Below are positions 13,386 to 26,402 of a stretch of DNA of 64,000 bases, in pieces. A program made the translations under genes and the position numbers. The DNA is from Mobula hypostoma (taxonomy: Eukaryota). Where the stretch lies: NCBI RefSeq assembly GCF_963921235.1, contig NC_086107.1, positions 112,966,001 to 113,030,000 on the forward strand, written 5' to 3'. The notes under the pieces are model-generated. The model searched no databases. It was not told the origin of the DNA and worked only from the letters and a program-made list of their open reading frames with translations. Positions within the stretch are counted from its first letter, which is position 1. Every line of letters starts with the position of its first letter.

Positions 13386-16300
13386 TGTCCCAGCCCGCAC
13401 TTCTTCTCCTGACATGAGAAGGATGTAAAAGTGTTTCAAAGTAACAGGTTGAGGAGCGAAACACAGTCCACTACAGAGCCAGTACTGCTATGTGTGACTG
13501 AGGAACTGGTGCAGGGAACAGGGTTTCAGATTTCTGGATCAATGCGATCTCTTCTGGGGAAGGTATGACCTGTACAAAAATGACCGGCTACAACTGAACC
13601 CGAGGGGGTCCAATATCCTTGCGGGCAGGTTTGCTAGAATGGTTGGGGAGGGTTTAAACTAATTTGGCAGGGGATGGGTACTGGAGTGATAGGGTGCAGG
13701 ATGGGACAGTTGGTATACAAGTCAATGCAGTGTGTAGTGAGACTGTGAGGAAGGACAGGCAGATGATCGGGCAAAATTGCCGACAGTGGGATGAGTTGAA
13801 GTGTAATGGAAAAAAAATCAAAAAGAGTGATGAATACAGGACTGAAGGTGTTATATTTGAATGCACGCAGTATACGGAATAAGGTAGATGATCTTGTAGC
13901 GCATTTAGAGATTGGCAGGTATGAAATTGTGGGCATCTCCAAGTTGTGGCTGGAAGAAGATCATAATTTGGAGCTTAATGTCCAAGGATACACATTGTAT
14001 TGAAAGGACATATAGGTAGGCAAAGAGGGTGGGGTAGTTCTATTGGTCAAAAAAAAAGAAATTATATCTTTAGAAAGAGGTGACATAGGATCAGAAAATG
14101 CACAATCCTTGTAGAGTTAAGAAACTGTAAGGGTAAAAAGACTCTGATGGGAGTGATATACAGGCCTCCAACATCAGCCAGGATGTGGGCAACAAATTAA
14201 AATGGAAAATAGAAAAGGCATGTGAAAAGGGCAAAGTTCTAATAATCATGGGGGATTTCAATATGCAGGTAGATTGGGAAAATTAGGTTGGCGCTGGATC
14301 CCAAGAGAAAGAATTTGGATGGCTTTTTAGAACAGCTTGTGGTTGAGTCCACTAGGGGAAACATGATTCTGGATTTGGTGTTGTGTAATGAACCAGGTCT
14401 GATTAGGGAGTTTAAGGTAAAGTAACCCTGAGGAGACAGTGATCATCAAATGATAGAATTTGCCCTGCATTTTGAGAGGAAGAAGGTAAAGTCAGGTGTA
14501 TCGATATTTTGGTGGAGTAAAGGGAATTACAGAGGTGCTTGGGAAGCTGAAAAGGTACTGTATATAAGTCACCTGGATCAGATGGACTACACACCAGAGT
14601 TCTGAAGGAGGTGGCTGAAGAGATTGTGGAGACATTTCTTGATCTTTCAAGAATCCCAAGATTCTGGAATGCTTCCAGAGAACTGGAAAATCGCAAATGT
14701 CACTCCACTCTTCAAAAAGGTAGGGAGGCAGAAGAAAGAAAACTATAGGCCTGTTAGCCTGACTTCAGTGGTTGGGAAGATGTTGGAGTCCGTTATTAAA
14801 GATGAGTTTTGGGAGCACTTGGATGCAGATGATAAAGTAGGCCAAAGTCAGCATGGTTTCTTTAAGGTTTCCTTGCCTGATAAATCTGCTGGAATTCTTT
14901 GGGGAAGTAAAAGGTAAACAGACAAAGGAGAATCGGTGGATGTTATGTACTTGGACTTTCAGAAGTCCTTTGACTAGGTGCTTCACGTAAGGATGTTTAA
15001 CTAGATAAGCACCCATGGTAAGATACAGGAGAGATTTGAATATGGATAGAAGATTGGCTGATTGGCAGAAGGCCAATCTGTTTGGCTGCCGGTGACTAGT
15101 GGTGCTCTGCAGGGGGTCAGTATTGGGACACACTTCTTTTCACGTTATGTACCAGTGACTTGGATGATGGAAGTGATGGCTTTGTGGCCAAGTTTGCAGA
15201 TGATACAAAGATAGGCAGAGGGACATGTAGTGTTGAGGAAGCAGGGAGTCTGCAGAAGGACTTGGATAGATTGGGAAAATGGGAAAGAAGTGGCAGATGG
15301 AATACTATATCAGGAAGTGTGTGGTCATGCACTTTGGTAGAAGGAATAAAGGTGTAGCCTATTTTCTAAGTGAGGAGAAAATTCAAATTCAGAGGTGGAT
15401 TCCCTAAAGGTGAACTGGCGGGTTGAGTTAGGAAGGCAAATGCAATGTTAGCATTCTTTTCAGGAGGATTAGAATACAAGAGCAAGGATGTGATGCTGAG
15501 GCTTTATAAAGCACTGTTCAGGCAGCACTTACAGTATCGTGAGCAGTTTTGGGCCCCTGACCTAAGAAAAATGTGCTAGCATTGGAGAGAGTCCAGAGGA
15601 TGTTCATGAGAATGATTCTGGAAATGAAAGGGTTAATGTATGAGGAGCGTTTGATGGTTCTGGGTCTGTACTCGATGGAGTTTAGAAGAATAAGGGGGCG
15701 GGGGGATCTCATTGCAACCTATTGAATATTGAGAGGCCGAGATGGGGTGGATGTGGAGAGGATGTTTACTATAGTAGACGAGTCCAGGACTAGAGGACAT
15801 AGTGTCAGAATAGCCACGTTTTATTTACATTAGATTAGATGAGATTCAACTTTATTGTCATTGTGCCGAGTACAGAAACAAATCCAATGAAATGCAATTA
15901 GCATCTGATCAGAAGTGCAAAAGAATAGTGTTATTTACAAAATAACTGCTAATAAAAAGGTGCTACAGCACACAAATATAAAAGTACTGAGACAGTACAA
16001 TATGGGTGCTTGGCGCTGTGATGTGAGGTTCAGCAGGGTCACAGCCTCAGGGAAGAAGCTCTTCCTGTGCCTGCTGGTGCGGGAGCGGAGGCTCCTGTAG
16101 CGCCTACCGGATGGGAGGAGAGTAAAAAGTCCATGGTTAGGGTGAGATGCATCCTTGATAATGCTTTTCGCCCTGCCCAGGCAGCGTTTGTGGTAGATGT
16201 TCTCAATAGTGGGCAATTGGGTGCCGATAATCCCCTGGGCAGTCTTCACCACCCGCTGGAGTGCTTTGCGGTCCGATACGGGACAATTACCATACCACGC

Positions 16301-16570
16301 TGAGATGTAGTTAGAACGGGGATGAGAAGGAATTTCTTCAGCCAGAGGCTGCTGAGTGAATCTGTGGAGTTTATTGCCACAAGAGGCTGTGGAGGCCAAG
16401 TCACTGCATATAATTAAAGCAGAGTTTGATAGGTTCATGATTAGTCAGGGCACCAAAGGTTACGGGAGAAGGCAGGAGAATGGGGTTGAGAGGGATAATA
16501 AATCAGCCATGATGGAATGGTACAGCAGGTTCAGTGGGCTGAATGGCCTTCTATGTCCTGGTCTTATGAG
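13386..16570 (+). mobile_element. Old degraded CR1 LINE with a Rex-like insertion (15815-16310, -)
   Basis: Fragments NARSIRNK, NYRPVSLTSV, FADDTK and NLW; many stops. The insert reads RKALQRVV...SFFPEAV on -. Confidence 0.8.
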
Positions 16571-17346
16571 GGAGGAGGTACAGGATCCTGAAGCCACACA
16601 CTCAATGTTTTAGAAACAGTCTCTTCCGCCATTGGATTTTAAATGGACAGCGGCCCCATGAACCCTACCTCCCAATTTCTTTGCTCCCTTTTCTGGGCTG
16701 CTTTGGGGCGGCACGGAAGTATAATGGTTAGCGCAACGCCTTACAGTGCAGGCGATTCCCGCCACCACTGCCGGCAAGGAGATTGCACACTCTCCCCGCG
16801 GAACGTGTCGGCTTCCTCCCACAGTACAAAGACGTACCGGTTGGGAGGTTAATCGGTCATTGTAAATTGTCCCGTGACTAGGGCTAGGGTTGAATCGGGG
16901 TTGCCGGGCGGCACGGCTTGAAGGGGCGGAAGGGCCTATTCCGTGCTGTAGTGCAATAAATCGAACAATTAGTGCAAAAATATGTATGTATATAGATGTT
17001 TATATGTATAAATTATAATAAAACCATGAATATTTCACAGTATATTTTACGTATTGCAGTGCACTGCTGCTGCGAACATCAAATTTCATGACATGTGTTA
17101 GTGACAACAAACCTGGCTGTGTCTGACTGACTGTGGAATGGGAGGTTTGGGTTGGAACATGAAAGACTGCAGTGGATATGGTGGGGGTGGGGGTAGGCAG
17201 CAGCAGACCGCCCTCCTCCCAGCTCAGCGACATTTCCTGTGGCAGTAAGTCTTGAGCAGCAGCTTTGAACGCCCGGCTGGGCCTCACAGCATGCTCACCG
17301 CATACTGGTCAGCTGTGGTTGCAGTGCTGGCGGTGAAACAGTTAAT

Positions 17347-17629
17347 GAGCCGGGACCCGCAGGAGCGCTGTTGCCATGGCAGGCCAACTTCCTTCAGAGT
17401 GGCGCCTCCTCTTCGCAGCAAAAGGGGTTTAATACTTCTGTAATCTCCAGCCAGAGATGGGGCCAGGGCAGAGAATATCCCTGGCGGCCTGTTCCAGCCA
17501 GAATCCCTCACACAGGTCCCAGGCTACACAAGGCACAAAAACAGCCACTCCCCCCACCCCCCCCACCTCCCGTCCCATTGTCTCACCGATCCTCACACCA
17601 GAATGCAAGGAAGTCCCTTTAGAACAGAG
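17347..17629 (+). repeat. Donor copy of a ~280-bp local duplication (second copy at 18702-18975)
   Basis: Both copies run gagcc.ggacccgcag...gaagtccctttagaacagag. Confidence 0.9.
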
Positions 17630-19239
17630 ATGAGGAGGAATTTCTTTAGCCAGAGGGTGGTGAATCTGTGGAAATCTTTGCCACAGACGGCTGTGGAGGC
17701 CAAGTCATTGGGTATACTTAAAGCAGAGGTTGGTAGGTTCTTGATTAGTCAGGGCGTGAAAGATTACGGGGAGAAGCCAGGAGAATGGGGTTGAGATGGA
17801 TAGTAAATCAGCCATAATGGAATGATAGAACAGACTCAATGGGCTGAATAGCCTAATTCTGCCCCTTTATCTTATGGTCTTAATACCTGAAAGGCAGGCA
17901 AAATGGGATTAAGTTAGAGTCAGTCTAAATGGGTGGTTGATGGTCAGGGTCAGAATCATAATGCATAAAACAGTTTAAAATGGCGATGGTGAGTCTCGGA
18001 GACTTCTGGCCAGCGGCCGAAGAAACAAGGAAAACAACTAAATAGTTTATTAAAGTCTCTTTTTCTGGCAAATGATCATCGCAAGCAATAGTCTGTAACT
18101 GAACCTGGGGACAATTCAATGCTGCAGAGCCGAGGCGAGGTGAGGCAGTGGGCCCGTCACCGATGAACCGGAAGCTCGGATACCATTTAGCTGAACCGAG
18201 GCGGCAGCACCCAGGCCTCAGAGCGTATCGGAGCGACTGATTCCGATGTTTGTACGAGGATTTAGGCATGGGCCCGATTGAAAAGGTCAGGGTGTCGGGG
18301 TGGGGGTGGGGGGTCACACCAGTTCAGCTCACTGCTCCGCTCTGCGCTGATCTGAGGGTCTGGAGACGGACTCTTTGTGGACTTCAGTTCAGAACGCTAT
18401 TTTCTTGCGTTTATTGTTTGCGTGATTTGTTTTTATTTCTCTGCACATCGGGTGTTTGACGATATATTTTTATGAGATCTTTTGGGCTTCTTTGTTTTGT
18501 GGCTGGCTGTTAGGAGACGAATCTCAGGGTTGTAAACTGTATACATACTTCGCTAATAAATGAACTTTGAACATGAACATTACAGCATAATACAGGCCCT
18601 TCGGCCCATGATGTTGTGCTGACCTTTTAACCCACTCTGACATCAACCTAACCCTTCCCTCACACATAACCCTCCATTTTCCTATCATCTATGTGCCTAT
18701 CGAGCCAGGACCCGCAGCAGCGCTGTTGCCATGGCACGCCAACTTCCTTCAGAGTGGCGCCTCCTCTTTGCAGCAAAAGGGGTTTAATACTTCTGTAATC
18801 TCCAGCCAGAGAGGGGGCCAGGGCAGAAAATATCCCTGGTGGCCTGTCCCAGCCAGAATCCCTCACAGAGGTCCAAGGCTACACAAGGCACGAGAACCCA
18901 CTCCCACCCCACCTCCCGTCCCATCGTCTCTCCAATCCTCACACAAGAATGCAAGGAAGTCCCTTTAGAACAGAGTTTTTTTAAATGTCCCTAATGTGAT
19001 TGTCTCTACCACCACCCCTGGCTGTACATTCCATGTACCTGCCTCTGTGATAAAAAACCTAACTCTGACAGCCCCCCTATACTTCCCTCCAATCATCTTA
19101 GAATTATTAGCCATTGGGAAAAAGTCTCTCGCTCTCCGCTTTTTATTATCTAGTACACCTCTGTCAAGTCACCACTCATCGTCTATCACTCCACAGCATG
19201 AACAGCCCTAGCTCGCTCAATCTATCCTCATAAGACACG

Positions 19240-19822
19240 CTCTCTAAACCAGGCAGCACCCTGGTAAATCTCCTTGGCATCCTCTCTAAACCAGGCAGCA
19301 CCCTGGTAAATCTCCTCGGCACCCTCTCTAAACCAGGCAGCACCCTGGTAAATCTCCTCGGCACCCTCTCTAAACCAGGCAGCACCCTGGTAAATCTCAC
19401 GGCACCCTCTCTAAATTGGGCAGCACCCTGGTAAATCTCCTCTGCACCCTCTCTAAACCCGGCAGCATCCTGATAAATCTCCCTGACACCCTCTCTAAAC
19501 CAGGCAGCACCTTGGTAAATCTCCTCAGCACCCTCTCTAAACCAGGCAGCACCCTGGTAAATCTCCTTGGCACCCTCTCTAATCCAGGCAGCATCCTGGT
19601 AAATCTCCTTGGCACCCTCTCTAAACCAGGCAGCACCCTGGTAAATCTCCTCAGCACCCTCTCTAAACCAGGCAGCACCCTGGTAATTCTCCTTGGCACC
19701 CTCTCTAAACCAGGCAGCACCTTGGTAGATCTCCTTGGCACCCTCTCTAAACCGGGCAGCACCTTGGTAAATCTCCTTGGCACCCTCTGTAAACTGGGCA
19801 GCACCCTGGGAATCTCCTTGGC
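19240..19822. repeat. 39-bp minisatellite (~15 copies) derived from CR1 RT coding sequence
   Basis: Unit ccctctctaaaccaggcagcaccctggtaaatctcct(c/t)ggca; the reverse strand translates to (ERVPRRFTRVLPGL)n. Confidence 0.95.
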
Positions 19823-19952
19823 ACTCCCTCTGAAGCTTGCACGACCTTCCTATATTGAGGGGATGGGAACTCAGGTTACCTGTCCCAGCTCATTCAGATT
19901 TTACCATCATGAGATCTTCAATTTCCCAGCCAACAGACAGAACTATTCACTA

Positions 19953-20480
19953 CAACACACACAGAACGTTGGAGGAACTCAGCAGGCCAGGCATCATCCA
20001 TAGAAAAGAATAAACAGTTGATGTTTCAGGCCGAGGACCTTCACCAGGACAGGAAAGGAGGGAGAAAGAAACCAGAATAAGAAGGTGGGTGGAAGGGAAG
20101 GAAGACTAGATAGAAAGTGGGGGGTGGGAAAGGTAAAAGGCTGGAGAAGGAGGAATCTGATAGGAGATGAGAGTGGACCATGGAAGAAAGGGAAGGAGGA
20201 GGGGCACCATGGGGGTGGTGATACGCAGATGAGAAGAGGAGGGAAGAGCCAAGCGACACCAGGGGAAGGTGATAGGCATGTGAGGAGAAGAGGGAAGAGC
20301 CAAGCGACACCAGGGGAAGGTGAGAGGCATGTGAGGAGAAGAGGTAAGAGTTGGGGGGGGGGATAGAAGAAGAGGGAAGGGGGAAGGGAAAATGTTTCTG
20401 GAAGGAGAAGTCAATGTTCATGCCATCAGGTTGGAGGCTGCCTAGCTGGAATCTGAGGTGTTGCTCTTCCACCCTGAGAG
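19953..20480 (-). mobile_element. Penelope-like element 3' end with an internal ~51-bp duplication
   Basis: RVEEQHLRFQLGSLQPDGMNIDFS; duplicated gaagagccaagcgacaccaggggaaggtga unit at ~20243 and ~20294. Confidence 0.7.
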
Positions 20481-20907
20481 TGAGAATCCCAACACATTTC
20501 ACCGTTTATTACAACAGCAGAGCCACCATCTGTACCTGTCACATTTCTCCAGCTTCGGATTCACGTATACATTGAAGCATACAGAGAAAGGCACTGTCTG
20601 TGTCTACAACCCACACAATCTGGGGGCAGCCCGCAAGTGTCTCCACACGTTCCGGCACCTACGTAGCATACCCACAATGCTCAGCAGGACAACATCAAGA
20701 CAAGACCCTTTCCCTCCCTCCACACACATACTCAGTCCTCCAACTACAGGACGTGCCACCGCCAGCCTTCCAGTCTCCAGCACAGGCTCGATGGGCCGAA
20801 GAGCCTCAAACGCGAGAACACCTGCAGATGTTGGAAATCCAGAGCAACACACGCAAAATGCTGGAGGAGCTCAGCGGGTCAGGCGGCGTCGATGGAGATG
20901 AGGAAAT

Positions 20908-20943
20908 AGTCCTGATGAAGGGTCTCGGCCCGAAATGTCGACT
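20908..20943 (+). ncRNA. Minimal hammerhead motif (stem III CpG decayed)
   Basis: agtc-CTGATGA-a-GGGT-ctcg-GCCC-GAAA-TG-TC-gact. Confidence 0.6.
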
Positions 20944-21704
20944 GCTTACTGTCACTTTACTCCTTCCCTGGCCGGCTGAGTTCCTCCAGCATTTGTGTGT
21001 GTTGCCTGGGACGAAGAGCCTGTTGCTCTGCTGTATCTCTCTGTAATGCATTTGTGAAAGTGCGGGGAGGAAGGTGAGGGATAGGGAGGAGGGTTAGGGA
21101 TGGGGAGGAGGGTGAGGAATGGGGAGGAGGGTGACAGAAGAAGGTGAGAGAGCAGGGGAATGTGACAGGGAGGGAGACGGAGAGAGAAAAGGAGATGCAG
21201 TAAGGGATAGCAAAGAAAAAACAACTAGAGATAAACAGAGTGAGAAGAAAGAGAGACGGTGGAATGAAGGATGATTCCTTCACGTATGTTTAACCTTTCT
21301 CCTGCTGGGCCCGCAGCTGGGAATAATTGCTGCACTTTGAACCTTCCTTGATTGACTGATTAACTACGTAGGGGCTGCCGTGGGGTCATCGACACAGGAC
21401 AGTCAGAGCGGCAGTCCGGAGTAGATCAGGTTTCTGAGGTACTTGGGCTCTTGGTGACTGCTGGGGTTTAGAGAACTGAGAGGGGATTCACTAAAAAAAT
21501 AGAACTTTCAGAGCTGTCTTTTTCTTCTCTTCAGAATAAGAATCTGCTTTATGATTGCTGACATACATCGTGAAATATGTTGTTTTGTGGCAGCAGTACA
21601 GTCCAATACATAAAAATTCCTATAAATTACAATAAGAATATATAAAAGATAAATAAACAGTGTAAAAGAAGAGTAAAATAGTCAGGTAGTGTTTATAGAC
21701 CATT

Positions 21705-21930
21705 CCTGCAAGAGGAGCACAACCTTGTAGTGGGGTTTGGAGCTTGTGTACTACGATGACCCGGAGAGCTATGTTGGCTGGAGTCAGGGCTTTGTGCTTT
21801 GGCTCTTGGTGGGGTCACCCATGCCAAACAGGTCAAAGGGTAGAGACCAGACTAAGAGTGGTCCACTGGTCAAGAAGTGGGTGACTTTCATTGCTGCCCT
21901 AAATGCCAGTGGTGTAATGGGCAGTAAGTT
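21705..21930 (+). mobile_element. Shorter copy of the same RTE-like non-autonomous element
   Basis: Same 5' block and the same 3' ccctaaa..ccag..gtgtaa end; lacks the middle part present in the 58911 copy. Confidence 0.6.
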
Positions 21931-22121
21931 CATGCACCATCAATAATCTGATGGCGGAAGGGAAGAGACTGTAGAGTGGTGGGTGGCTGGAAAAAGACTG
22001 CCTGGGGTAGTGTTGATGGGAGTAGACGTGATACTGGCATTTAGATAGGGACGTGGCATTCAGGGAATGAAGGGATATGGTTCATGTGCCGGCAGTTAGG
22101 AGTAGTTTGGGTTGGCATTAT

Positions 22122-22449
22122 GGTCAGCACTTTAGGCCCGCAGACACATGCAGGCTCCCCTCAGTCTCCACCCGGCTAACAGGAATCTCCTGCCACTTGC
22201 TTCCAACTCATCACTTGCAACCTATTTAAACCCAGCTCTCATCCACAGTCCCTCGTACACTCATCGAACCAACCAGCCTCAACCCATTGCTCCTGGCCTT
22301 CAGCTTGCCGTGCTAAGAATCCACTCTCTCTAGTTTTTGTGGCCTCTTGTGGCTTGTTATTTTACAGTTTTTTCAGTAAAGTTATTGCTCACTGCTAAAT
22401 TGTCTCCCTACTCTCCCTTGGGGTCAAGCCTTGTCTACATTTCCTGACA
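22122..22449 (+). mobile_element. Possible solo LTR
   Basis: Ends ctgaca and starts (g)gtcag; internal TATTTAAA and AGTAAA; interrupts a CR1-type 3' tail. No clear TSD. Confidence 0.45.
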
Positions 22450-22930
22450 GGCAGAGGCAATGCGGGCCGAGGGCCTGTTCCTGTGCGGTACTGTTCTGCG
22501 TTGTATCAGAAGCGTTGAGTGCATCTTCAAGCTCCTGTACCCTGTTGGCAGTGATGAGAAGAGGGCATGTCCTGCATGGTGTGGGTCCCCAGTGATGGAT
22601 ACCACTTCCTTGCAGCATCGGCTTTTGGAGATGTCCTCGATAGTGAGGAGGGATGTGCCTGCGATGGAGCTTCCTGAGTCTACAGCCCTCTGGAGTTTTT
22701 TCCCCCAGTCCTGTGCATTGCTGCCTTTGAGTGCACAGGGCTGTATGGAACCAGCTTCCTGGGATTGTGAGCTCTTCCACAACTTCAACCTAGTTTTACA
22801 AAGGACTAAGAAAATAGGAGCAAGCAGGAGGCTACTCAGCCCATCAAACCTGTCCTGTCACCTGCCCCAGGCCTCAGCTTACTTTCTGTGTTAGTTCCCC
22901 ATCTATTTCTCACCTACTTCCTCTATAAAT

Positions 22931-23224
22931 GTGTGATGCGTGGCCAAGTGGTTAGGGCGTTGGGCTCAGGATCTGAAGGTCGTGGGTTCGAGTCTCAGCC
23001 AAGGCAGCATGTTGTGTCCTTGAGCAAGGCACTTAACCACACACTGCTCCAGTCCACCCAGCTGATAATGGGTACCGGCAAATGCTGGGGGTTAACCTCG
23101 CGATAGACTGGCGTCCTATCTGGGGGGGGGGGTTCTCATACTCTCAGTCACTTCACACCACAGAAACCAGCATAAGCACCGGCTTGATGGGCTACAAAGG
23201 TTCGGGACAGACTTTGACTTTGAC
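22931..23224 (+). mobile_element. tRNA-derived SINE with CORE-like segment and (CTTTGA)n tail
   Basis: A-box TGGCCAAGTGG, B-box GGTTCGAGTC, GTGTCCTTGAGCAAGGCACTTAACC segment; 12-bp TSD TCCTCTATAAAT at 22919 and 23225. Confidence 0.85.
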
Positions 23225-25869
23225 TCCTCTATAAATACCTTGATTGATATCATCTCCAGATGATATTCACATAAAACCTGAAACAATAACTTTCTCTCTC
23301 TTCATGGATGCTGCCCGGCCCTTAATTGCATTTATTTAGAGATTTACAGATTTCCAATATCTGTAGATTCTTTATAATGTTCAAATTTGGTTTTATAAGA
23401 TACTTTGAAGCACTTTGTGGCACTTTACCACCATATAATTGATACAACATATATAGTAAACAGAAGCTGGTGTCATACAGGGACACTGAGACAGATTTCA
23501 GCAGCATTGTAGCCAAGGTGAGCAATGTTATAAGATCATGAAACATAGGGGCAGAGATAAGCCATTCAGCCCATCAAGTCTGCTCTGATATTTGATCATG
23601 GCTGATTTATTAACCCCATTTTCCTGCTTTCTCCCCATATTCTTTGATGCCCTTACTAATCAAGAACCCATCAACCTCCACTTTAAATACGCCCCAATGA
23701 CTTGGCCTCCACAGCCATCTGTGGCAATGAATTCCACAGATTCACCACTCTCTGGCTAAAGAAATAACCCCTCCTCACCATTTTAAAGAGCTGCCTTTAT
23801 ATTCCGAGGATGGGCCTGCTGGGCCTTGAGCAGACTCGATGGGCTGAATGGCCTAATTATGACCCTATGTCTTATAGTCTATGGTCTTAGGGGCCCAGAC
23901 TCCCCCACGATAAGAAACATCCTCTCCACGTCCACTCTATGTAGGCTTCATAGTAGGTTCTTAGTAACTCCAATGAATACAGACCCAGAGCCATGAAAAT
24001 CTCATCATTCGTTAACTCTTTAATTCCTGGGATCATTCTCATGAACTTCCTCTGCACCTAGGGAACTGATCAATGAGGTAAAACCCAAGTACGAGTTTCC
24101 AACCAGGTTCTCTCAGCACAGTACCAAGGGAGTGTCACACCATCAGAGGTGCCACCTTTACAGTGAGTCATTGAATTGAGTCCCAGATGATGAGAAGGTT
24201 CCCACAGTCACTGTGGGGAGGAATGGAAGGAGAAATTATCTGATAAGATCTCCACAAATCATCGCCTCCATAGTACCCAGGACATCTTCAAGGAGCGATG
24301 CCTCAAAAAGGCGGCGTCCATCATTAAGGACCCCCATCACCCAGGACGTGCCCTCTTCTCATTACTACCATCAGGAAGGAGGTACAGAAGACTGAAGACA
24401 CACACTCAGTGATTCAGAACAGCTACTTCCCCGCGGTCACCTGATTTCTGAATGGACATTGAACCCATGAACATTACCTCACTATTTTTATTTCTATATT
24501 TACACTACTTATTTAGCTATTATATATATATATTTGCTGTAGTTCACTTTTTTTCTATTACTATGTATTGCAACGTACTGCTGCCACAAAGACAACACTT
24601 TTCATGACATATGCCGGTGATATTAAACCTGATTCTGATGCAACGCTGTGCAACTCAGGAACAGGTCCTTCAGCCCGCATTGTCCATGCCAACCCAAACT
24701 GATCCTATCAGTGGAAAGGAATAAAGAGTTGACCTTTAGGGCTGAGATCTTTTGTCAGTATCTGATGAATGAAGGTTTTAAGGTGCTTGGAAGTAAGTAC
24801 AGAGGAGATGTCAGGGGTAAGTTTTTTTACACAGAGAGTGGTGAGTGCTTGGAAGGGGCTGCTGGCGATGGTGGTGGAGGCGGATACGATAGGGACTTTT
24901 AAGAGACTCCTGGATAGGCACATGGAGCTTAGAAAAACAGAGGGCTATGGGTAACCCTAGGTAATTTCTAAAGTAAGTACATGTTCGGCATAGCTTTGTG
25001 GGCCGAAGGGCCTGTATTGTGCTGTAGGTTTTCTATGTTTCTATGACTAGAGGGCTTGAGTTAGAGGAAGAGGTTGGCCAGCATGGGCCTTTATTCCTTG
25101 CAAAGTACGAGAATGAGGGGTAACCTTATGGAAAAGTTATGAGTGGAACAGATAAAGCTGTTTTAAAGATTAAAAACCTAAACCTTCATTCCTTGCCACA
25201 TAGCCTTCCATTTTCCTTTCATCCACGTGCCTATCTAAGAGTTTCTTAAATTTGTCTCTCCCACTATCCCTGGCAGTGGTCCATGTACCCACCATCCTCT
25301 GTGTGAAATACCTACCTCTGACACCCCCCCCCCCATTCTCTCCTCTGATCACCCTCCTCATAATGAGCTGTTCCCACCCTGGGGAAAAGCCTCTGGCTGT
25401 CCAGTGTATCTATGCCGCTTATCATCTGGTACACGGCTATCAGAAGTCACACCTCCAAAGAGAAAAGCCCAAGCACGCTCAGCCTATCCTCACAAGACAC
25501 GCCTCTCTAATCCAGGCAGGATCCTGGTAAGTCTCCTCTGCACTCTCTCGATAACTTCCACGTCTTTCCCATAACAAGGCGACCAGAAACAAACACAACC
25601 TGCCCCAGTTTCCTCCCATATTCTGGTTAATTGCCCAAGGGGTAGAATCTGGGGAGAATTGATGGGAATGCGGGGATTATTGTCAAACCTCTTAGGACAT
25701 AGAAAATCTACGGCACATTACAGGCCCTTTGGCTTTCAATGTGCCCACCAGGTAACCTACTCTAGATGGTTGCTAAGGACTCTGGGCCTGAGACACAGGA
25801 GGACTGTATGAATTTTTGGTGAATGGCCTAAAACATTAACGATATTTTTCTGTCAAACTGAGTTTAATG

Positions 25870-26402
25870 CGACACCAAAGATTCTGCAGATGCTGGAAAT
25901 CTGAAAGGACACATACAGAATTCAAACACGAGGAAATCGGCAGATGCTGGAATTTCAAGCCACACACATCAAAGTTGCTGGTGAACGCAGCAGGCCAGAC
26001 AGCATCTCTGGGAAGAGGTACAGTCGACGTATCGGGCCCAGACCTTTCGTCAGGACTAACTGAAAGAAGAGCTAGTAAGAGATTTGAAAGTGGGAGGGGG
26101 GTGGGCGAATGTACCTCTTCCTAGAGATGCTGCGTTCACCGGCAACTTTTATGTGTGTTACATACAGAACTCAGCAGGTCAGGCAGCATCTACGGAGGGA
26201 AATAAACAGTCGACGTTTCGGGCCGAGACCCTTCACCAGAGTTTAATGTCACGGTGAGGGACAGGTACAGTGAAGAAGACACAAGAGGTTCTGCAGATGC
26301 TGGAAATCTCGAGAAACCCACGCAGGAACTTAGCAGGTCGGGCACTCACGCAGGGTCTCGGCTCCTCGGTGGATGCTAGCCGACCTGCTGAATTCCCCGG
26401 TA
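25870..26402. repeat. Nested cluster of Penelope-like terminal-repeat fragments
   Basis: Repeated gcagatgctggaa heads, with degenerate hammerhead motifs at ~26022-26057 and ~26208-26242. Confidence 0.7.

Noticed and set aside
19240..19822. Regular ~39-bp repeats resembling a CRISPR array or a repeat-protein gene
   Set aside because: There are no unique spacers and the context is eukaryotic; the unit is CR1 RT sequence, and the ORFs are open only because 39 is a multiple of 3.
22931..23010. tRNA-like sequence (also at 12461 and 8858)
   Set aside because: These are SINE heads: the acceptor stem is not intact and they continue into SINE bodies with tails or TSDs.
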